DNA of 64,000 nucleotides from Octopus bimaculoides (taxonomy: Eukaryota), in contig NC_068990.1 in NCBI RefSeq assembly GCF_001194135.2, positions 88,712,286 to 88,776,285 of the forward strand. Direction: 5' to 3'. Position 1 is the stretch's first letter. Every line of letters starts with the position of its first letter. Of the stretch, positions 37,871-52,008 are shown piece by piece. The translations under genes were made by a program, and so were the position numbers. Under the pieces are notes generated by a model. It did no database searches, was not told the origin of the DNA, and saw only the letters and a list, made by a program, of their open reading frames with translations.

Positions 37871-38041
37871 TTTACAAAAAAGTTAACTGTGGACCGCCAA
37901 AAGACGTTATTGGTGCCAAGAAGTCCTACAATACCACTACTTTTAAATCTGAAGTGACCTATACTTGTCCAGAAGGAGAAAAATTAAAATCAGTATGTAA
38001 AGAGGATCATAAATGGTCTCCTGTAGTGTCTGCTTGTAAAG
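37871..38041 (+). CDS. Exon Sushi-S3, unit 3
   Basis: 171 nt; YKKVNCGPPKDVIGAKKSYNTTTFKSEVTYTCPEGEKLKSVCKEDHKWSPVVSACK. Confidence 0.9.
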
Positions 38042-40194
38042 GTAAATTAATGTAAACNNNNNNNNNNNNNNNNNNNNNNNNNNNNNNNNNNNNNNNNNNN
38101 NNNNNNNNNNNNNNNNNNNNNNNNNNNNNTGATGTCTCTGTTTCAGTAAATTTGTTTAATTTTTTTTCTTAAATATCTTTGTTAGAGGAAGAAAGATTGA
38201 TACTTTGTCAATCTTCATGGTGTTGTTGGCTGGTGTGAGGGATTGAATAAGCTATCCTCAGACCAGGGACATCCCCAAATGCATGTAACAGAACAGATTT
38301 CATTAAACTCATCCAAGTTACAGGTTATGCTATTAAATTCAATAATGGATTAAATCTGCTGACCAAAAGTAGCAAGTGTAGCAGCATGTCCTCCCCAACA
38401 GGCTTCCACATAGTTTCCATCCACCAAATTTCATTCACAAGGATTAGTTGTGAAGCAGATACAGCCAGAAGTCCTCACAATACCATATTGTTGTCAAGTT
38501 ATAACTTAGCTCATCTTTGTCCTCTCCAGTTAATATTTAAGCACTGTGGGCCACATCTACTTTCACATCAATTTCAAAAATTTCCCTTGAGGAGAGCATC
38601 TTCCTCTCCATCCTCACAAGGGAAACTTTAAATATGCAAATTAGGGATTGACCAAAGAGGAAGTCCCCATTGTCAAACCTTTCAGCTTCATCCACCACAC
38701 AACCTCTTTTGTCATGGCAACAAAACAAACAAAAACTGGTTTCTGTGTTGGGTTAAAAGAACATGAGGGGCAATCATCATGGTGTGCTTGGCTGACGGCC
38801 AGATTTGAACCACACTCAATAACTGCTGTTTGATTTAAATCTACAAGTCAACAACAACTGGACATCCAACATGTGCGTGTAAAATTAGTTTGTTGCTCTA
38901 TGCACGTCTCAGACAGGACTGTCTGATGCCATCTCTGTGACTGTAGATTATATCTTAGACTAGTAGATTACTTTGGTAGAACTTGCCAAGAACTTCAAGT
39001 CATCCATGGTATTCTCTGAATTAAAGGATCTAGCTTGTCAGAAGATATAAGGGCTACCTCCTTTTAATTAGTTATGTATTTATTATTAAGGTAAATGACC
39101 AAACATAATTAGAGAAAGCAATGAAATGAGTGATATTCATGTCTTACTTAAGGGTAGTGACTGTCTATGTAAAGTGAACTGATTTGGACTGAGAATCAAC
39201 CCCAGATTACTCACTCAATCCATATATATGTACTGAAACAACAATGCAAGGAAATTACTCAGGTCATTTCCTGCATGGGAAACGAATAGTAAAGTGGCTA
39301 CTTATTGAATCAAGGTATTATGACTAAAGTTTCACCCTCAAAGTCTTGGAAAATTATTGTTAATGACTCATTCTGGTCATGAAATTCTGAAGGGGCACCT
39401 TCATAAAGATAAACACTTTTCTTTTGTATTTCATAAAAAGAATAATTTTGATTAATTAATATTTCTAAGTTTGGCTGTCCACATTTATTACATTTATATT
39501 TATTCACTAGACGATGGTGAAAGTGAAATTATTTTAGTTTTTCCAGGCAAAAAGATTGCGATAAGTGATGGGTTGTAGGCCTTGTCATGACCAGCCATAT
39601 TTAGTTATGTCCTTTTTATATTCTGGGTTCAACTCATACCTGGATGTACTTTTGGTTGATAAAGCAAGCCTTAGTCAAGTACTGAGATAGATCTCTTCAT
39701 ATGTATTCTCAGTGCAGAATGTGTGGCCTTGGCCACACCAATCCTAAAATATCATTCTAAAGATTACTAGCCACCAATCTCATAGCTACAAGATAATGCA
39801 AGATTAATTCAAAACTTGAATAAATAAGCTTTACATTAGACAGAGTAATGTGAATGCTAAAGGGCTATCTTAGGAACCATTATTATTAATATTGTTAACA
39901 TCAGCAATAATTATAGTTATTCTTCTGTTAAGGAGGTATTCATAGAATCATTTGAGCATCAGACAAAATGTACTGTGGTTTTAGTTCTGACTCGTTAACT
40001 TCAGAGTTCATATCCTGATGATGTTAACTTTGCCCTTCCAGGGCCAATAAAATACAATGCTATTCAGGTGTAGAAGCCAATTTAATTGACCACCTCCTAC
40101 CTCAATGTTTTGATCTTCTTTCAATGTGAGAAATTACTATTGTTGTTTTTTTTTTGCTTTGTTTCCAATTGTCTCAATCTTACTTTAATTCCAG

Positions 40195-40434
40195 CTGCTC
40201 AGATCCATTTTGTGAAAGTGAAAGATGCAGTTCTGGATGTATCTGGGAAACCATTGTTGCACAAGAAAAATGTTACAGCAGATGCTTGTGCTAAAGAGTG
40301 TTTGTCTGACAAAACTTGTTTGTCATTTGAAATAAGTAAAGAAAACGGAGATTGTTACTTATCAAAGCAAACTGCAACTAAATCCAAGAAAATGAAATCA
40401 AGCAAAAGCAGAGATTACTACCAACGAATAAAAT
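40195..40434 (+). CDS. Exon PAN-B2, unit 3
   Basis: 240 nt; AQIHFVKVKDAVLDVSGKPLLHKKNVTADACAKECLSDKTC...KKMKSSKSRDYYQRIK; donor T|gtaat. Confidence 0.9.
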
Positions 40435-40934
40435 GTAATTATTCTTTGTATTTTATTGTTGGATTCTCTTTTCCTCAAATTTATGANNNNNNNNNNNNNN
40501 NNNNNNNNNNNNNNNNNNNNNNNNNNNNNNNNNNNNNNNNNNNNNNNNNNNNNNNNNNNNNNNNNNNNNNNNNNNNNNNNNNNNNNNNNNNNNNNNNNNN
40601 NNNNNNNNNNNNNNNNNNNNNNNNNNNNNNNNNNNNNNNNNNNNNNNNNNNNNNNNNNNNNNNNNNNNNNNNNNNNNNNNNNNNNNNNNNNNNNNNNNNN
40701 NNNNNNNNNNNNNNNNNNNNNNNNNNNNNNNNNNNNNNNNNNNNNNNNNNNNNNNNNNNNNNNNNNNNNNNNNNNNNNNNNNNNNNNNNNNNNNNNNNNN
40801 NNNNNNNNNNNNNNNNNNNNNNNNNNNNNNNNNNNNNNNNNNNNNNNNNNNNNNNNNNNNNNNNNNNNNNNNNNNNNNNNNNNNNNNNNNNNNNNNNNNN
40901 NNNNNNNNNNNNNNNNNNNNNNNNNNNNNNNNNN

Positions 40935-40974
<40 letters not shown>

Positions 40975-41319
40975 CACACAACTGTTTCTGTGAAGACATT
41001 GACAGGGTTACCTAAAAGATTGGTGGTAGGAGTAATTAGGGCAGAGCTGGAAACTGGGATAAAGATGGTAGTAACAAGTTATCCAAGCATGTCCAAAAGG
41101 TAAAATGTGAATAGAAGAGTGGGGATAGATTAAGAGGAGTGGGATGGGGTAGAGGTTGTAAGTGTTTGGGAGCAGAGTGAGAGAGGTTAGACAGCTTGTG
41201 GATGATTATGGTGAATAGTGATCAAGGGTGGAGCGATGATTGATAAATATGATTTTGAGGGAAGGGGAGAGGAGGTGATGACTAGTAGTAAAGAAAGGGT
41301 GAAGAACATCAGAAATGGT

Positions 41320-42102
41320 GATAGATGACAGGTGACTAACTATGAATCAAATAGTCAATGTTATTAGTATTGTCTGTGAAAGAATATTCTGCACAATGAG
41401 CTTGGCGTGACAAAGGTTTCTGCTTGGTGGGTGCCACACCTTCTGAAATCTGAGCAAAACTACACCAGGATAATCACATCACAGGAAAATCTGATATTGT
41501 TTGAGGCAGATCCATCTGGTTTCCTAACCCAGAATGAGTGTTAGTTTCACTATGAGTCAGAGACAAAGAGACAATCCATGCAGTAGAAACACCCTCCTTA
41601 CCTTCTCCAAAGATGGTCATGGTTGTTTCATCTGCAGGAAGGTGATGGTCTCAGTTTTCCAGGATACAAAAGGCATTTTGTTTATTGACTATCTTCAAAA
41701 GGGCTACACAATGGCGAATAATATGCCAACTTGCTGAGTCAGTTACAAAAGGCTATCAAGAGGGGTCTTGTTTCATCAGGACAATGTCCAGCTCATAAGT
41801 CCTTGGTTTCAATGGCTGTTATGCATGACTACAGCTTTGAACTGGTTGATAACCCTTACTATTCTCCTTACTTGGCCCCATCTGACTACCATCTATACCC
41901 CAACATGGAAAAACACTTGGTTGAAAACCAGTATTGCAGTGATGATGTCATATCTGCTGTTCTTCAACAATAGGACCCAAGCATTACCAGACCAGAAGTT
42001 TGTGGACCACAAAGGGGGATTATGTTGAAAAATAAGCCTCATTTGATTACATTCTATGAAAGTATCTTGGTCTACGTTTAAATTTTTCAGCTGACCTCAT
42101 AT
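41320..42102 (+). mobile_element. Degenerate mariner upstream of PAN-D unit 3
   Basis: GILFIDYLQKG, NPYYSPYLAPSDYHL; TIR-like end ...ttttcagctgacctcata. Confidence 0.8.
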
Positions 42103-42203
42103 TTGTTTTAAATAAATTGTACATTTAAAACAATTTATGCATTGGTTGCTATATAATTTTTCATGTGTGTGTGAGAGTATAAAATGTATTTCTTTTTTTC
42201 TAG

Positions 42204-42437
42204 CCAAAGATGATGTTTTGATACTTAAAAGCACTTCCATACCAGGGCATGATACATTTGAGCGGCTGGAAAATGTGAGCTTAAAGGAGTGTGGTCATGC
42301 TTGTCATCAAAATCCAGGATGTAACTCTTATGAGTATAATAAAAAAAATATGCTCTGTGATCAAAGTAATGCAACTCACTTGACTCAGGACCTTCTGCCC
42401 AACACCTGGGCATGGGATACTTACATCATTAACCCAG
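42204..42437 (+). CDS. Exon PAN-D, unit 3
   Basis: 234 nt; KDDVLILKSTSIPGHDTFERLENVSLKECGHACHQNPGC...NTWAWDTYIINP. Confidence 0.9.
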
Positions 42438-42524
42438 GTCAGTAGAGTGTTTTTATTTTTTTTGGTTTGTGTACTTGCATATCTATGTGCTTGCATGTAT
42501 TTACATATACATACAGGTGTGTCT

Positions 42525-42632
<108 letters not shown>

Positions 42633-43549
42633 TACCATATTTTAATGTATATAAGAAAGACTTTTTTGTCAGAAATGAGGTTCAAAAAATATGGGAGTTT
42701 ATCATACATGGATAGTATTATAATCCCTTACAAAACCTTTTTTACAAATTTTAAGCTCCAAAAATTAGGGGGTCCTTATACACGTTAAAATACAGTATAC
42801 ATATTGTTATATCGCACGTTCAGATGACCTCTGCTCAACTACCCCGACATCTATACTTCTCCCTCTATATCAACAAGAAATATGGTTTATCTTATTGCTG
42901 TTACCAGAGGTATGCCCTCTTGGCAAATTTAAGGCCTTTGACTGCTGACAACCCAGATATACCACCTTAGTACCAGCTGCTACTCTGCACTGCCTGTACC
43001 AAGGTCACTGCCACCAACCAACCCCATGAGCAGGACCGTCAATTACCTATCCCTAATGCTTATCAACTCACAGCACTTACTAATCCCCAACACTTACTAA
43101 TTCCCAGTGCTTACCAATCTCCAACTTTTGTTATGTGCATTTATACTCGTGCTTGTGCACAATGCTGGGAAGATAATTTAGTTCAGCAATATGGACCAAG
43201 TTAGAAAAGTGTGGCACACTCCAGAAAGCAAAGCTTACATTGTTTGCCTCTGTTGAAGCACAGCCCTGGTTATTCTAAGAGCCTCCATTTATGTATGGCC
43301 AGCTACATATGGCATTTAAATTATGTATAGCCAGCTACTTGTGTTGTTCAAAAGAGGAGGTATGCTATACATAATCCAGTTTTAGAGTGGTTATGTGTCT
43401 CCAGCCAATAGTGATTGTTAGGTCACTTATCAGCTAAGAGCTTTATAGGTTTTGACTGGCCTTAACAAACAACCTTCTAAATATTACTGCTCTGATGTTT
43501 TAGAATGTGCATCTTTTCAGGTGTATGAACTTTAACCAATATATATTAA

Positions 43550-43775
43550 TACATACATTCAATACATTCACACATGCATACACGCATACATACATACATA
43601 CATACATACATGCATGCATACATACATATATACATACACACATACATACATACATACATACATACATACATGCATACACACATACACACACACACATATA
43701 CATACATATACATAAAATACAAACACATGCATACATACATACACACATACATACATATGTATACATATATATGCA
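43550..43775. repeat. (TACA)n/(CA)n compound microsatellite
   Basis: Direct read; similar tracts at 2248-2305 and 11460-11520. Confidence 0.9.
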
Positions 43776-43789
43776 TGGAGGCTTTGTGG

Positions 43790-44216
43790 AGTTAACACCA
43801 AAGATATCACCCACATCATAAGCAGTTATCTGAAAATGTCATCATGGTATTATTTACCGATGAGACATGATGTTGTAGCTAGGACACTATATAATGAAAT
43901 CCATCAGAAGGATAACCCCAAGGATAAAGAAATAAGAACCCACAGTGTGGTAGAAGCCATAGCCTCTCATAATAAAAAGGAGTACTGTTGGAATGTCCTA
44001 GTGAAAACCTCAAGAAAATATAAGCATAGCTGATCTAATATAATGATTTGGAAAAAAGAACAGAAACTGTGTACAGTTGTGAAAATCAGCTGCCCAGCAT
44101 ACAGCTGAAGATCAATGAAAAAGAGAAAACCTACACTGAACTATTGAGAAATCTGCAGTTACTCTATCCAGATTACAAGTTCAGGTTTATACCTGTAATT
44201 AGTGGGATTGCACTCT
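43790..44216 (+). mobile_element. R4/Dong-like RLE C-terminal fragment
   Basis: DITHIISS...YYLPMRHDVVART...KINEKEKTYTELLRNLQLLYPDYKFRFIPVISG. Confidence 0.75.
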
Positions 44217-44530
44217 NNNNNNNNNNNNNNNNNNNNNNNNNNNNNNNNNNNNNNNNNNNNNNNNNNNNNNNNNNNNNNNNNNNNNNNNNNNNNNNNNNNN
44301 NNNNNNNNNNNNNNNNNNNNNNNNNNNNNNNNNNNNNNNNNNNNNNNNNNNNNNNNNNNNNNNNNNNNNNNNNNNNNNNNNNNNNNNNNNNNNNNNNNNN
44401 NNNNNNNNNNNNNNNNNNNNNNNNNNNNNNNNNNNNNNNNNNNNNNNNNNNNNNNNNNNNNNNNNNNNNNNNNNNNNNNNNACTCTCATCCTGTTCCTAA
44501 TATTGATATCAATTATTTCACCAATTTCAG

Positions 44531-44701
44531 TTAACTCAGAAATCAAATGTGGACCACCAAAAGACATTGTTGGTGCTGAGAAGGACTACAAATCTACCAA
44601 CTATAAATCTGAAGTGACCTATACTTGTCCAGACGAAGAGTCGTTTAAGTCCATATGTGAAAAGAACAGCAAATGGACTCCAGTAGCACCTACTTGTAAT
44701 G
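44531..44701 (+). CDS. Exon Sushi-S4, unit 3
   Basis: 171 nt; NSEIKCGPPKDIVGAEKDYKSTNYKSEVTYTCPDEESFKSICEKNSKWTPVAPTCN. Confidence 0.9.
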
Positions 44702-45925
44702 GTAACGTAAATAGCTTCTATCTTGTCTTTGTTTAATTTTGTTTTATTTTTGTGCTAAATGTCTTTGNNNNNNNNNNCTATCTTGTCTTTGTTTAATTTT
44801 GTTTTATTTTTGTGCTAAATGTCTTTGCCAGGGGAGGACTGGCTAACTCTATGGCAATTTCCACAGTGATTATGACTGGTGGAAGTTATCCTTAGAGAGG
44901 AATATATCCTCAAACCAGAGACCTCCCCCCAAATACTTGTAACAGAGTGCATTCCATTAATTCTGCCCAAGAGTAAAGTAATGCTATTAAATCAAGTAAT
45001 GGATTAACTATGCTGATCAAGAACTGGAAGTTTGAAAGCTTGTTTCCTGTAGGCTTCCACATTGACCTTTCTCTCCAATACTTTTTGTCATCATCTAAAA
45101 TTCTGTACAGTATANNNNNNNNNNTACTTTTTGTCATCATCTAAAATTCTGTACAGTATAATGCTCTGAATCCTTCCTTACTAAAACTCGGCAATCCTCT
45201 GAAACAGATTTCTGATGCTTTTGCTATCTTCCAATCCACCACCCTTAGTTATGATAATCCTAATAAAAATGATTTCAGATTTAGACTCAAAACAAGCAAT
45301 TTTCAATAGATGTTTTGTCAATACCACAATGTCTACAGTTTGACTGGTATACTATGTTTTTGTTTCCCTGCAAGTAAAGTTTGCTTCGGCTTGATTTCAC
45401 CTAAAAAGCAAAACATTACAAAATTAGTAAAGCGATGCGTGATAATTCCTGCCATGATTAGTTATATTTAGTTACATCCTTTTATGTTGTGGCTTCAAAT
45501 CCCAACAAAACATACTTCACTGGGCTTCACTAAGGAAGTGACAAAGGACTGGGAGTTGTGTTTGTTGTACTTGAGAGAATGTGCCAAGCTAAGTAAAATT
45601 GGTGTCATCTATACATATAGGCTTGACCTTTACTGGTGCTGGTGCCACATAAAATGCACTTGTGCTGGTGCTGTAGAAATGAACCATGCCAGTGGCACAT
45701 TAAAAGCGCTTGGCCCATGCTGTAAGGAGATTGATGTTAGGAAGGACATCCAGCCATAGAAACCATGCCACAACAGACAATAGGAGTGTGGACGGCTCCC
45801 CAGCTAGCCAGCTCCTGTCAAACTGTCCAATCCATGCCAATATGGATGACAGACATTAAATGATGATTATGATGATGATGTGTATATATATATGTATATA
45901 TATACATACCTGATATATGTCCTCA

Positions 45926-45963
<38 letters not shown>

Positions 45964-46290
45964 CCAGATTGAGACTGAGTGTTTCCCTATTTCAAGTTTC
46001 CACAGTTTTAGCAAATTACATACAAAAACCATTTATTTATCAAAGTATATCCCATCATATTTTATTGTCTGTTATCATCATTATGCAAGAAGCTCAATTC
46101 CACGTTTATACCATTTGACTGATTTAGAGACAGAAAACTTCCTGCATCTGTTTTCAACATCATTTACATTATTGAACTTCTGATTATTTCACTCGATACC
46201 TTTCATTGTAAGATTGTCATTATCTCCTTATTCTCACCCTCTTCCAAACATGCTCTCACCATTGACACCAGTTTCTCCTTTTAATTTCAG

Positions 46291-46461
46291 TTTACTCCAA
46301 AATTAACTGTGGACCACCAAAAGACATTGTTGGTGCTAAGAAGTCCTACAAAACCACCACCTATAAATCTGAAGTGACTTACACTTGTCCGGAAGAAGGC
46401 AAAATAAAATCAGTATGTAAAAAGGATAGTAAATGGTCTCCAGTAAATTCTACATGTAAAG
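46291..46461 (+). CDS. Exon Sushi-S1, unit 4
   Basis: 171 nt; YSKINCGPPKDIVGAKKSYKTTTYKSEVTYTCPEEGKIKSVCKKDSKWSPVNSTCK. Confidence 0.9.
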
Positions 46462-47249
46462 GTAATGTAAATAGCTTCAGTTTTGTTGCCACTGTCAGGG
46501 TAATTTTATTTTATTTTCATGCTGTCTTTGCCAGAGGAAGTCTGGCTGACTCTCTAACAATTTACACAGTGTTTGTGGCTAGTGGGAGAGACAAAGGAAG
46601 TTGTCCTCAGACCAGAGATCTCTCCAAAGTGAACATCATTATTTTTGGGGTGAGTGCACTAAGCAGTAATAAGTAAAAATACAATGTTCTCACAGATTTG
46701 GTTGTATTTACAACATATGTCTACAGTGAGAAATTTTCTCCTTGACAAAATCTGGTGAATGGCTTGTTTACAGGTCCAAACGTGCTTTTAGCATATTCAA
46801 ACTAGTATTAACATTGCATCATTAATTCTATCCAAGGTCAAAGTATTAAATTGGGTGACAGATTAAGTCTCCCGACGAAAAAGTGGTAATATGTTAGACT
46901 GTTCCCTCCAGCAGACATCCATAGTTTCTATTTACCAGATTTCATCCTTTGTTGTGAAGCAAATTATTAACCAAGATTCCACCCAGGACCACAGTATTCT
47001 GAAGTAAGTTTTTTAACCTCACAGGGTATATATGTAGATCTTTTAATTTCCAGCTTGACCTTTTTCACCTCTACCATGTATCATCATCCAAATCTCTGTG
47101 CAATATAATGCTCCCAAGTCCTTCCTCACTAAAATCCAGCAAGCCTTTGAAATAGCCTTCCAGTGCTCTACTAGTTCTTCTAATGCATGATGAGAAGCAG
47201 TTTGGTTCCTTAGAGGAGGGGATTCAGTGTCATGTGGGTGGAGATCACA

Positions 47250-47985
47250 ATAAAGTGCTTTCAGAGGGGACAAGTTGTCTCCAGAATCTCATATACTCAG
47301 ATATCCCACTTCTTTGTCATCTCCTATGTGAAGCTCAGCACCTTGTGATCAGCCCTCACCACTTCAACCCATGCCTTCCTGGCTCTCCTTCTTCCACAAG
47401 TTCAATCCACTTTAAGTGCTTAGCACTTTTTTATACAGCTCCCCACATGAACAAACCATCACTTCCAATGACAAACTTATCAGTCTTCTCTTTTGCTCAT
47501 TCCATATTATTCCTCTTTTACTTAATTTTCTTCTCAACACATTTGCACTTTCTATACAGGCACACTGATGCTGCACATTCATACATTCATTAGAGCACAC
47601 TAGCTTCATTCCTCTCTAGTCTTTGCATATGGCCTTCATCTTACTGTCATGTTGTATAGCTGGTCAAACACAAGCAACATACAATCTGCCTTTCACTTGT
47701 TGTGAGAGGCCTTTTGTTGCCACCAGAGGTTATAGCTTTCCGAACTTACTCCATCCTATTATTCTAGCAACAATACACTTTGAACATCCTCCTCCTCTGC
47801 TAATTAGGTCACCAAGGTAACAGAAACCATTTATAAACTCTAGGGAGCCTTCTGGGCATTTGAGAAAATTCAGTTCCTGTGTGCCCAGTGCACTTCTGAT
47901 GAGTCCATATGTGGCACTGGATACACCATATGGAATTCCTACCAACACCTTTCCTATATATTGAGCAGAGCACACACATAATATT
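47250..47985 (-). mobile_element. RTE fragment upstream of S2 unit 4 (longest copy)
   Basis: LEFINGFCYLGDLISRGGGCSKCIVARI...; C-terminal LRRKLSKRGI...KRRL. Confidence 0.75.
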
Positions 47986-48023
47986 CATGCAACATTGGTA
48001 TCAATTTCTGTTCTCAATTTCAG

Positions 48024-48194
48024 TTTATGCAAAAATTAACTGTGGCGCTCCAAAGGAAGTTACTGGTGCATCAAAGTCCTACAAAACCACCACCTATAAA
48101 TCTGAAGTGACCTATACTTGTCCAAAGGCAGAACAACTAAAGTCAGTATGTGAAAAAAACAATAAGTGGAGTCCTGTGGCAGAAGCCTGTGAAG
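48024..48194 (+). CDS. Exon Sushi-S2, unit 4
   Basis: 171 nt; YAKINCGAPKEVTGASKSYKTTTYKSEVTYTCPKAEQLKSVCEKNNKWSPVAEACE. Confidence 0.9.
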
Positions 48195-48794
48195 GTAATG
48201 TAAATAGCTCATCTCCTGATGTTTCTGTCTATGTAATTTTGTTTTATTTTTGTGTTAAATGTGTTTGTCCGCGGAAGACTAACAGAATGCATATGAAGTT
48301 CTACAGTGCTATTTTTTGTTTTCCCAGGAAAAACATTGTAAAAGAGTAAAGTAATGGGTTATAGACCTTGCCATTACTAATTACATTTAGTCACATCCTT
48401 TTACATTCTGGATTCAAATCCCACCTGGATGTACTTCACCTTTCATACTTCTGAGATTGATAAAACAAGTACTGAGGTTGATATATTTTCATGTATTCTC
48501 ACTGCAGAATCCGTGGTATTGTGTTTATCATTAAAATTAATAACTTGTAATTATTTTTGTATTTTAGGGTGATGGATTGCTAGAATCATTAGAGCATCAG
48601 ACAAATTTTGTTGTGGTATTTGTTCTGGCTCTTTAATGTCTAACTTCTAATCCTAAAATACAATTCCAGTCAAGTTTATAGGCCGATTTAATCATTTAAC
48701 TCCCACCTCATATTTTTGATGTTTTTTTCTACATTAGAAATTATTACTATTTTTGTTGTTATTTTCATTTGTCTAAATTTTCCTTTAATTCCAG

Positions 48795-49034
48795 TTCGTC
48801 AGATCAATTTCGTGAAAGTAAAAGATGCAGTTCTGGATGTATCTGGGAAAATATTGTGGAGGAAGGAGGATGTAACAGCAGATGCTTGTGCAGAAAGGTG
48901 TTTGTCTAACAAAAATTGTTTATCATTTGAAATAAGTAAAGAAGATGGAAATTGCTACTTATCAAAACAAACTGCAGCTTCCACCAAGAAAATGAAAACA
49001 ACCAAAAGCAGAGATTACTACCAACGAGTAAAAG
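48795..49034 (+). CDS. Exon PAN-B1, unit 4
   Basis: 240 nt; RQINFVKVKDAVLDVSGKILWRKEDVTADACAERCLSNKNCLSFEISKEDGNCYLS...RDYYQRVK. Confidence 0.9.
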
Positions 49035-50319
49035 GTAATTATTCTGTGCATTTTATTATTGCAATTCTCTTTTCCTCTTACTTCTGAAATTTGTGATTCC
49101 ATTTGTAATTCATAATGTACAGACAACCATTTCTGTAAAGACATTGACATGTCTCTGTCTTTACAGAAAGACAGAGACATATTCCTGAAAAACAAAGAGC
49201 AATATTAGGAAATGGAAATACTGTTAGGACATTCTCATAGAGAATGTGTTCCTCTTGAACGCTTTTATGTATACCTTCAATTATAGTTTCATGTAAGAAA
49301 AGAACCTCATGGTGTTTTACTTAAACCCAAAGAGTAATAGTATTAGTATTACTAGTAGTAGTCATGGTGGTGNNNNNNNNNNNNNNNNNNNNNNNNNNNN
49401 NNNNNNNNNNNNNNNNNNNNNNNNNNNNNNNNNNNNNNNNNNNNNNNNNNNNNNNNNNNNNNNNNNNNNNNNNNNNNNNNNNNNNNNNNNNNNNNNNNNN
49501 NNNNNNNNNNNNNNNNNNNNNNNNNNNNNNNNNNNNNNNNNNNNNNNNNNNNNNNNNNNNNNNNNNNNNNNACCTAAAATAAGTTTCTCTTTAGAATAGT
49601 TCCATCGTATTAAGTACTAAACAGCCAGCAACTTCCCTGAGTACAGCTCAAAAATTTTATCCTTTTTTGTTGAAGTTCTTCCTTCTTAAAACTTTGGACA
49701 TCAGGAGAAATTCACTCAGTTTAGTGATCTCATTATTAGAATACTCATGAACGCTATGATGCCATTGCTATAATGATGAATCTTTCTAAATCAAAATTAA
49801 AGGTGGCCCATTTCTGTGTATATCTGTGAGGACATTCAACAGGGCTGAAGTTGCAGACCTGACTCCAATATTTATCCTGATTGCCCTCTTAAAGTTTGAG
49901 TACTTTAACAGATCAGGTTTATACAAAGACAATCGCCTAGCAATTTCAATAATATGAACAGCTATGCCATGATTAAGTTTAAGAAGAAATTCAAATGAAT
50001 CTTCTAGAAGTTTGATATAAATATATTGATTACTACCATTCTAATTACATTCCATTAACTGGATATTACTTTAGTATTGAAATTCATTATAAGACAAATA
50101 ACACTTGCAGAAAGGAGAACAAACACCTTCATGAGAATTGCCACTCCTACTCCCAAGCTGTAAAATGGCCCTCAGCAATTGGCATTACTAAATTTTATCT
50201 GCAAAAAGAGATATTTTTGACAGCATTTTTTACAGTACAATCAGTTGTTTGATAGGACTGGATATAGTGAGGAGTTAGTATAAGCAGAACATATTCCACC
50301 TTCACTTCCAAAAAAGAAT

Positions 50320-51230
50320 TATGAGAGTCAGCTGAAAAATTTATATGCTGATCAAGATTCTTTCACAGATCTGATCAAATGAGATTTATTTTTCAACACA
50401 GCTCTCCTTGTAGTCCACATGCTTCTTACATTGGTGTTGCAGTGCTTGGATCTCATTGGTGAAGAAACTTTCATACTGTTGGTCAAAAATGTCATCAACA
50501 GCAGATATGACATCATCATCACTGTTCCCAGCCAAGTGTTTTTCCATGCTGGAGAACAGATGGGGCCAAATTAGGGGAATAGCAATGGTGATCAACCAGT
50601 TCAAAGCCACAGTCATGTATAACAGCTATTGAAACCAAGGATTTGTGAGCTGGAGCATTGTCCTGATGAAACAAGACCCCTCTCTGGGTATTTGATCTTG
50701 ATAACCTTTTGTAACTGACTCAGCAAGTTATCATAGTACCCTCCATTCATTGTATGGCCCTTTTAAAGACTGTCAATTAAACACAATGCCATTTGCATCC
50801 CTAAAAGCTGAGGCCATCACCTTCCCTGCAGATGAAACAACCTTGGCTTTCTTTGAAGCAAGTGAGGAGGAGCATTTCCACTGCATTGTTTGTCTCTTTT
50901 CTCTGGCGCAAAGTGATGAACTCAGAGCTCATCCTGGGTTAGGAAATCTTCATGGAAACCAGCTGAATCTGCCTAAAACAATGACAGAATTTCCCTTGAT
51001 GTGATCAGGTGTCAGAAGACGTGGCACCCACCAAGCAGAAACCTTTGTCATGCCAAATTCATTTTGCAGAACTCTCTCACAGGATATGCTAATACCATTG
51101 ACTATTTGATTTATAGTCAATCACCTCTCATCCATCAACATGTGGTGAACATGATCAACGTTTTCCCCGGTGGTGATTGTTGCAGGACATTCAGACCTTT
51201 GCTTATCAATCTCCTTCAGTCATTTGTTTA
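50320..51230 (-). mobile_element. Degenerate mariner
   Basis: Same family as the D-upstream mariner in reverse: gagtcagctgaaaaatttatatgctgatcaa TIR-like end; EKHLAGN, DDVISAVDD, GIQALQHQC-like motif. Confidence 0.8.
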
Positions 51231-51623
51231 TCTTCACCTAATTATTATTATCATTATTATTATTATTATTATTACTATTGCTGCTGCTGCTACTACTACT
51301 ACTAATATATAGATATATTTAAAATAGATAATTATGCACCAGCAAGCAAAATTTTGAATAAGATATGGGAAAGCCTCTGTTGCATTGCTTTTATACATGT
51401 AGAATACATAAATATAAGAACAGTACCCATCCACAAAATTATTTTCCAGTGTAAAACACTGTAAGTATTGAGATATGTTTTGAAATAAGTTTCAAGATGT
51501 TCTACAGCTCACATGGAATCTGGTTAAGGTGACATTTTGTGAATCAGTTATTTCTTTATGAATTATCCATTTACAAACGTTTGCACAGATACTTTACAAT
51601 GTCTAATATATGAATGTGGTGTG

Positions 51624-51724
<101 letters not shown>

Positions 51725-51777
51725 GGGTAGTTGGAGGAGTGTAAAATGTATTTCTTGTTCTCTCTTTCTTTTTCCAG

Positions 51778-52008
51778 CTAACAAACCTGTTATGTTTAAA
51801 AAAGTTAGCATGCCGAGCAAAGCTACTTTAGGACAGCTTAAGGATAAGACCTTAAAGGAGTGTGAAAATTCTTGTCAACAATATATAGAATGTAATTCAT
51901 ACCAGTACAATGCTGAAGCTAAGTTGTGTGATCTTAGTAATGTAACTCAATTGAATGATGTACTTAAACCCAATGATGGAAATTGGGATATATATTTGAT
52001 TAACCCAG
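51778..52008 (+). CDS. Exon PAN-C, unit 4
   Basis: 231 nt; NKPVMFKKVSMPSKATLGQLKDKTLKECENSCQQYIECNSYQYNAEAKLCDLSNVT...WDIYLINP. Confidence 0.9.

Noticed and set aside
43500-43821. ORFs rich in CVCV/YIYI/HTHT (many across the window)
   Set aside because: Translations of (TG)n, (TA)n and (TACA)n microsatellites.
44718-44830. Apparent tandem duplication flanking 10 Ns (also 45079-45160)
   Set aside because: The same sequence on both sides of a 10-N gap is an unmerged contig overlap, not biology.
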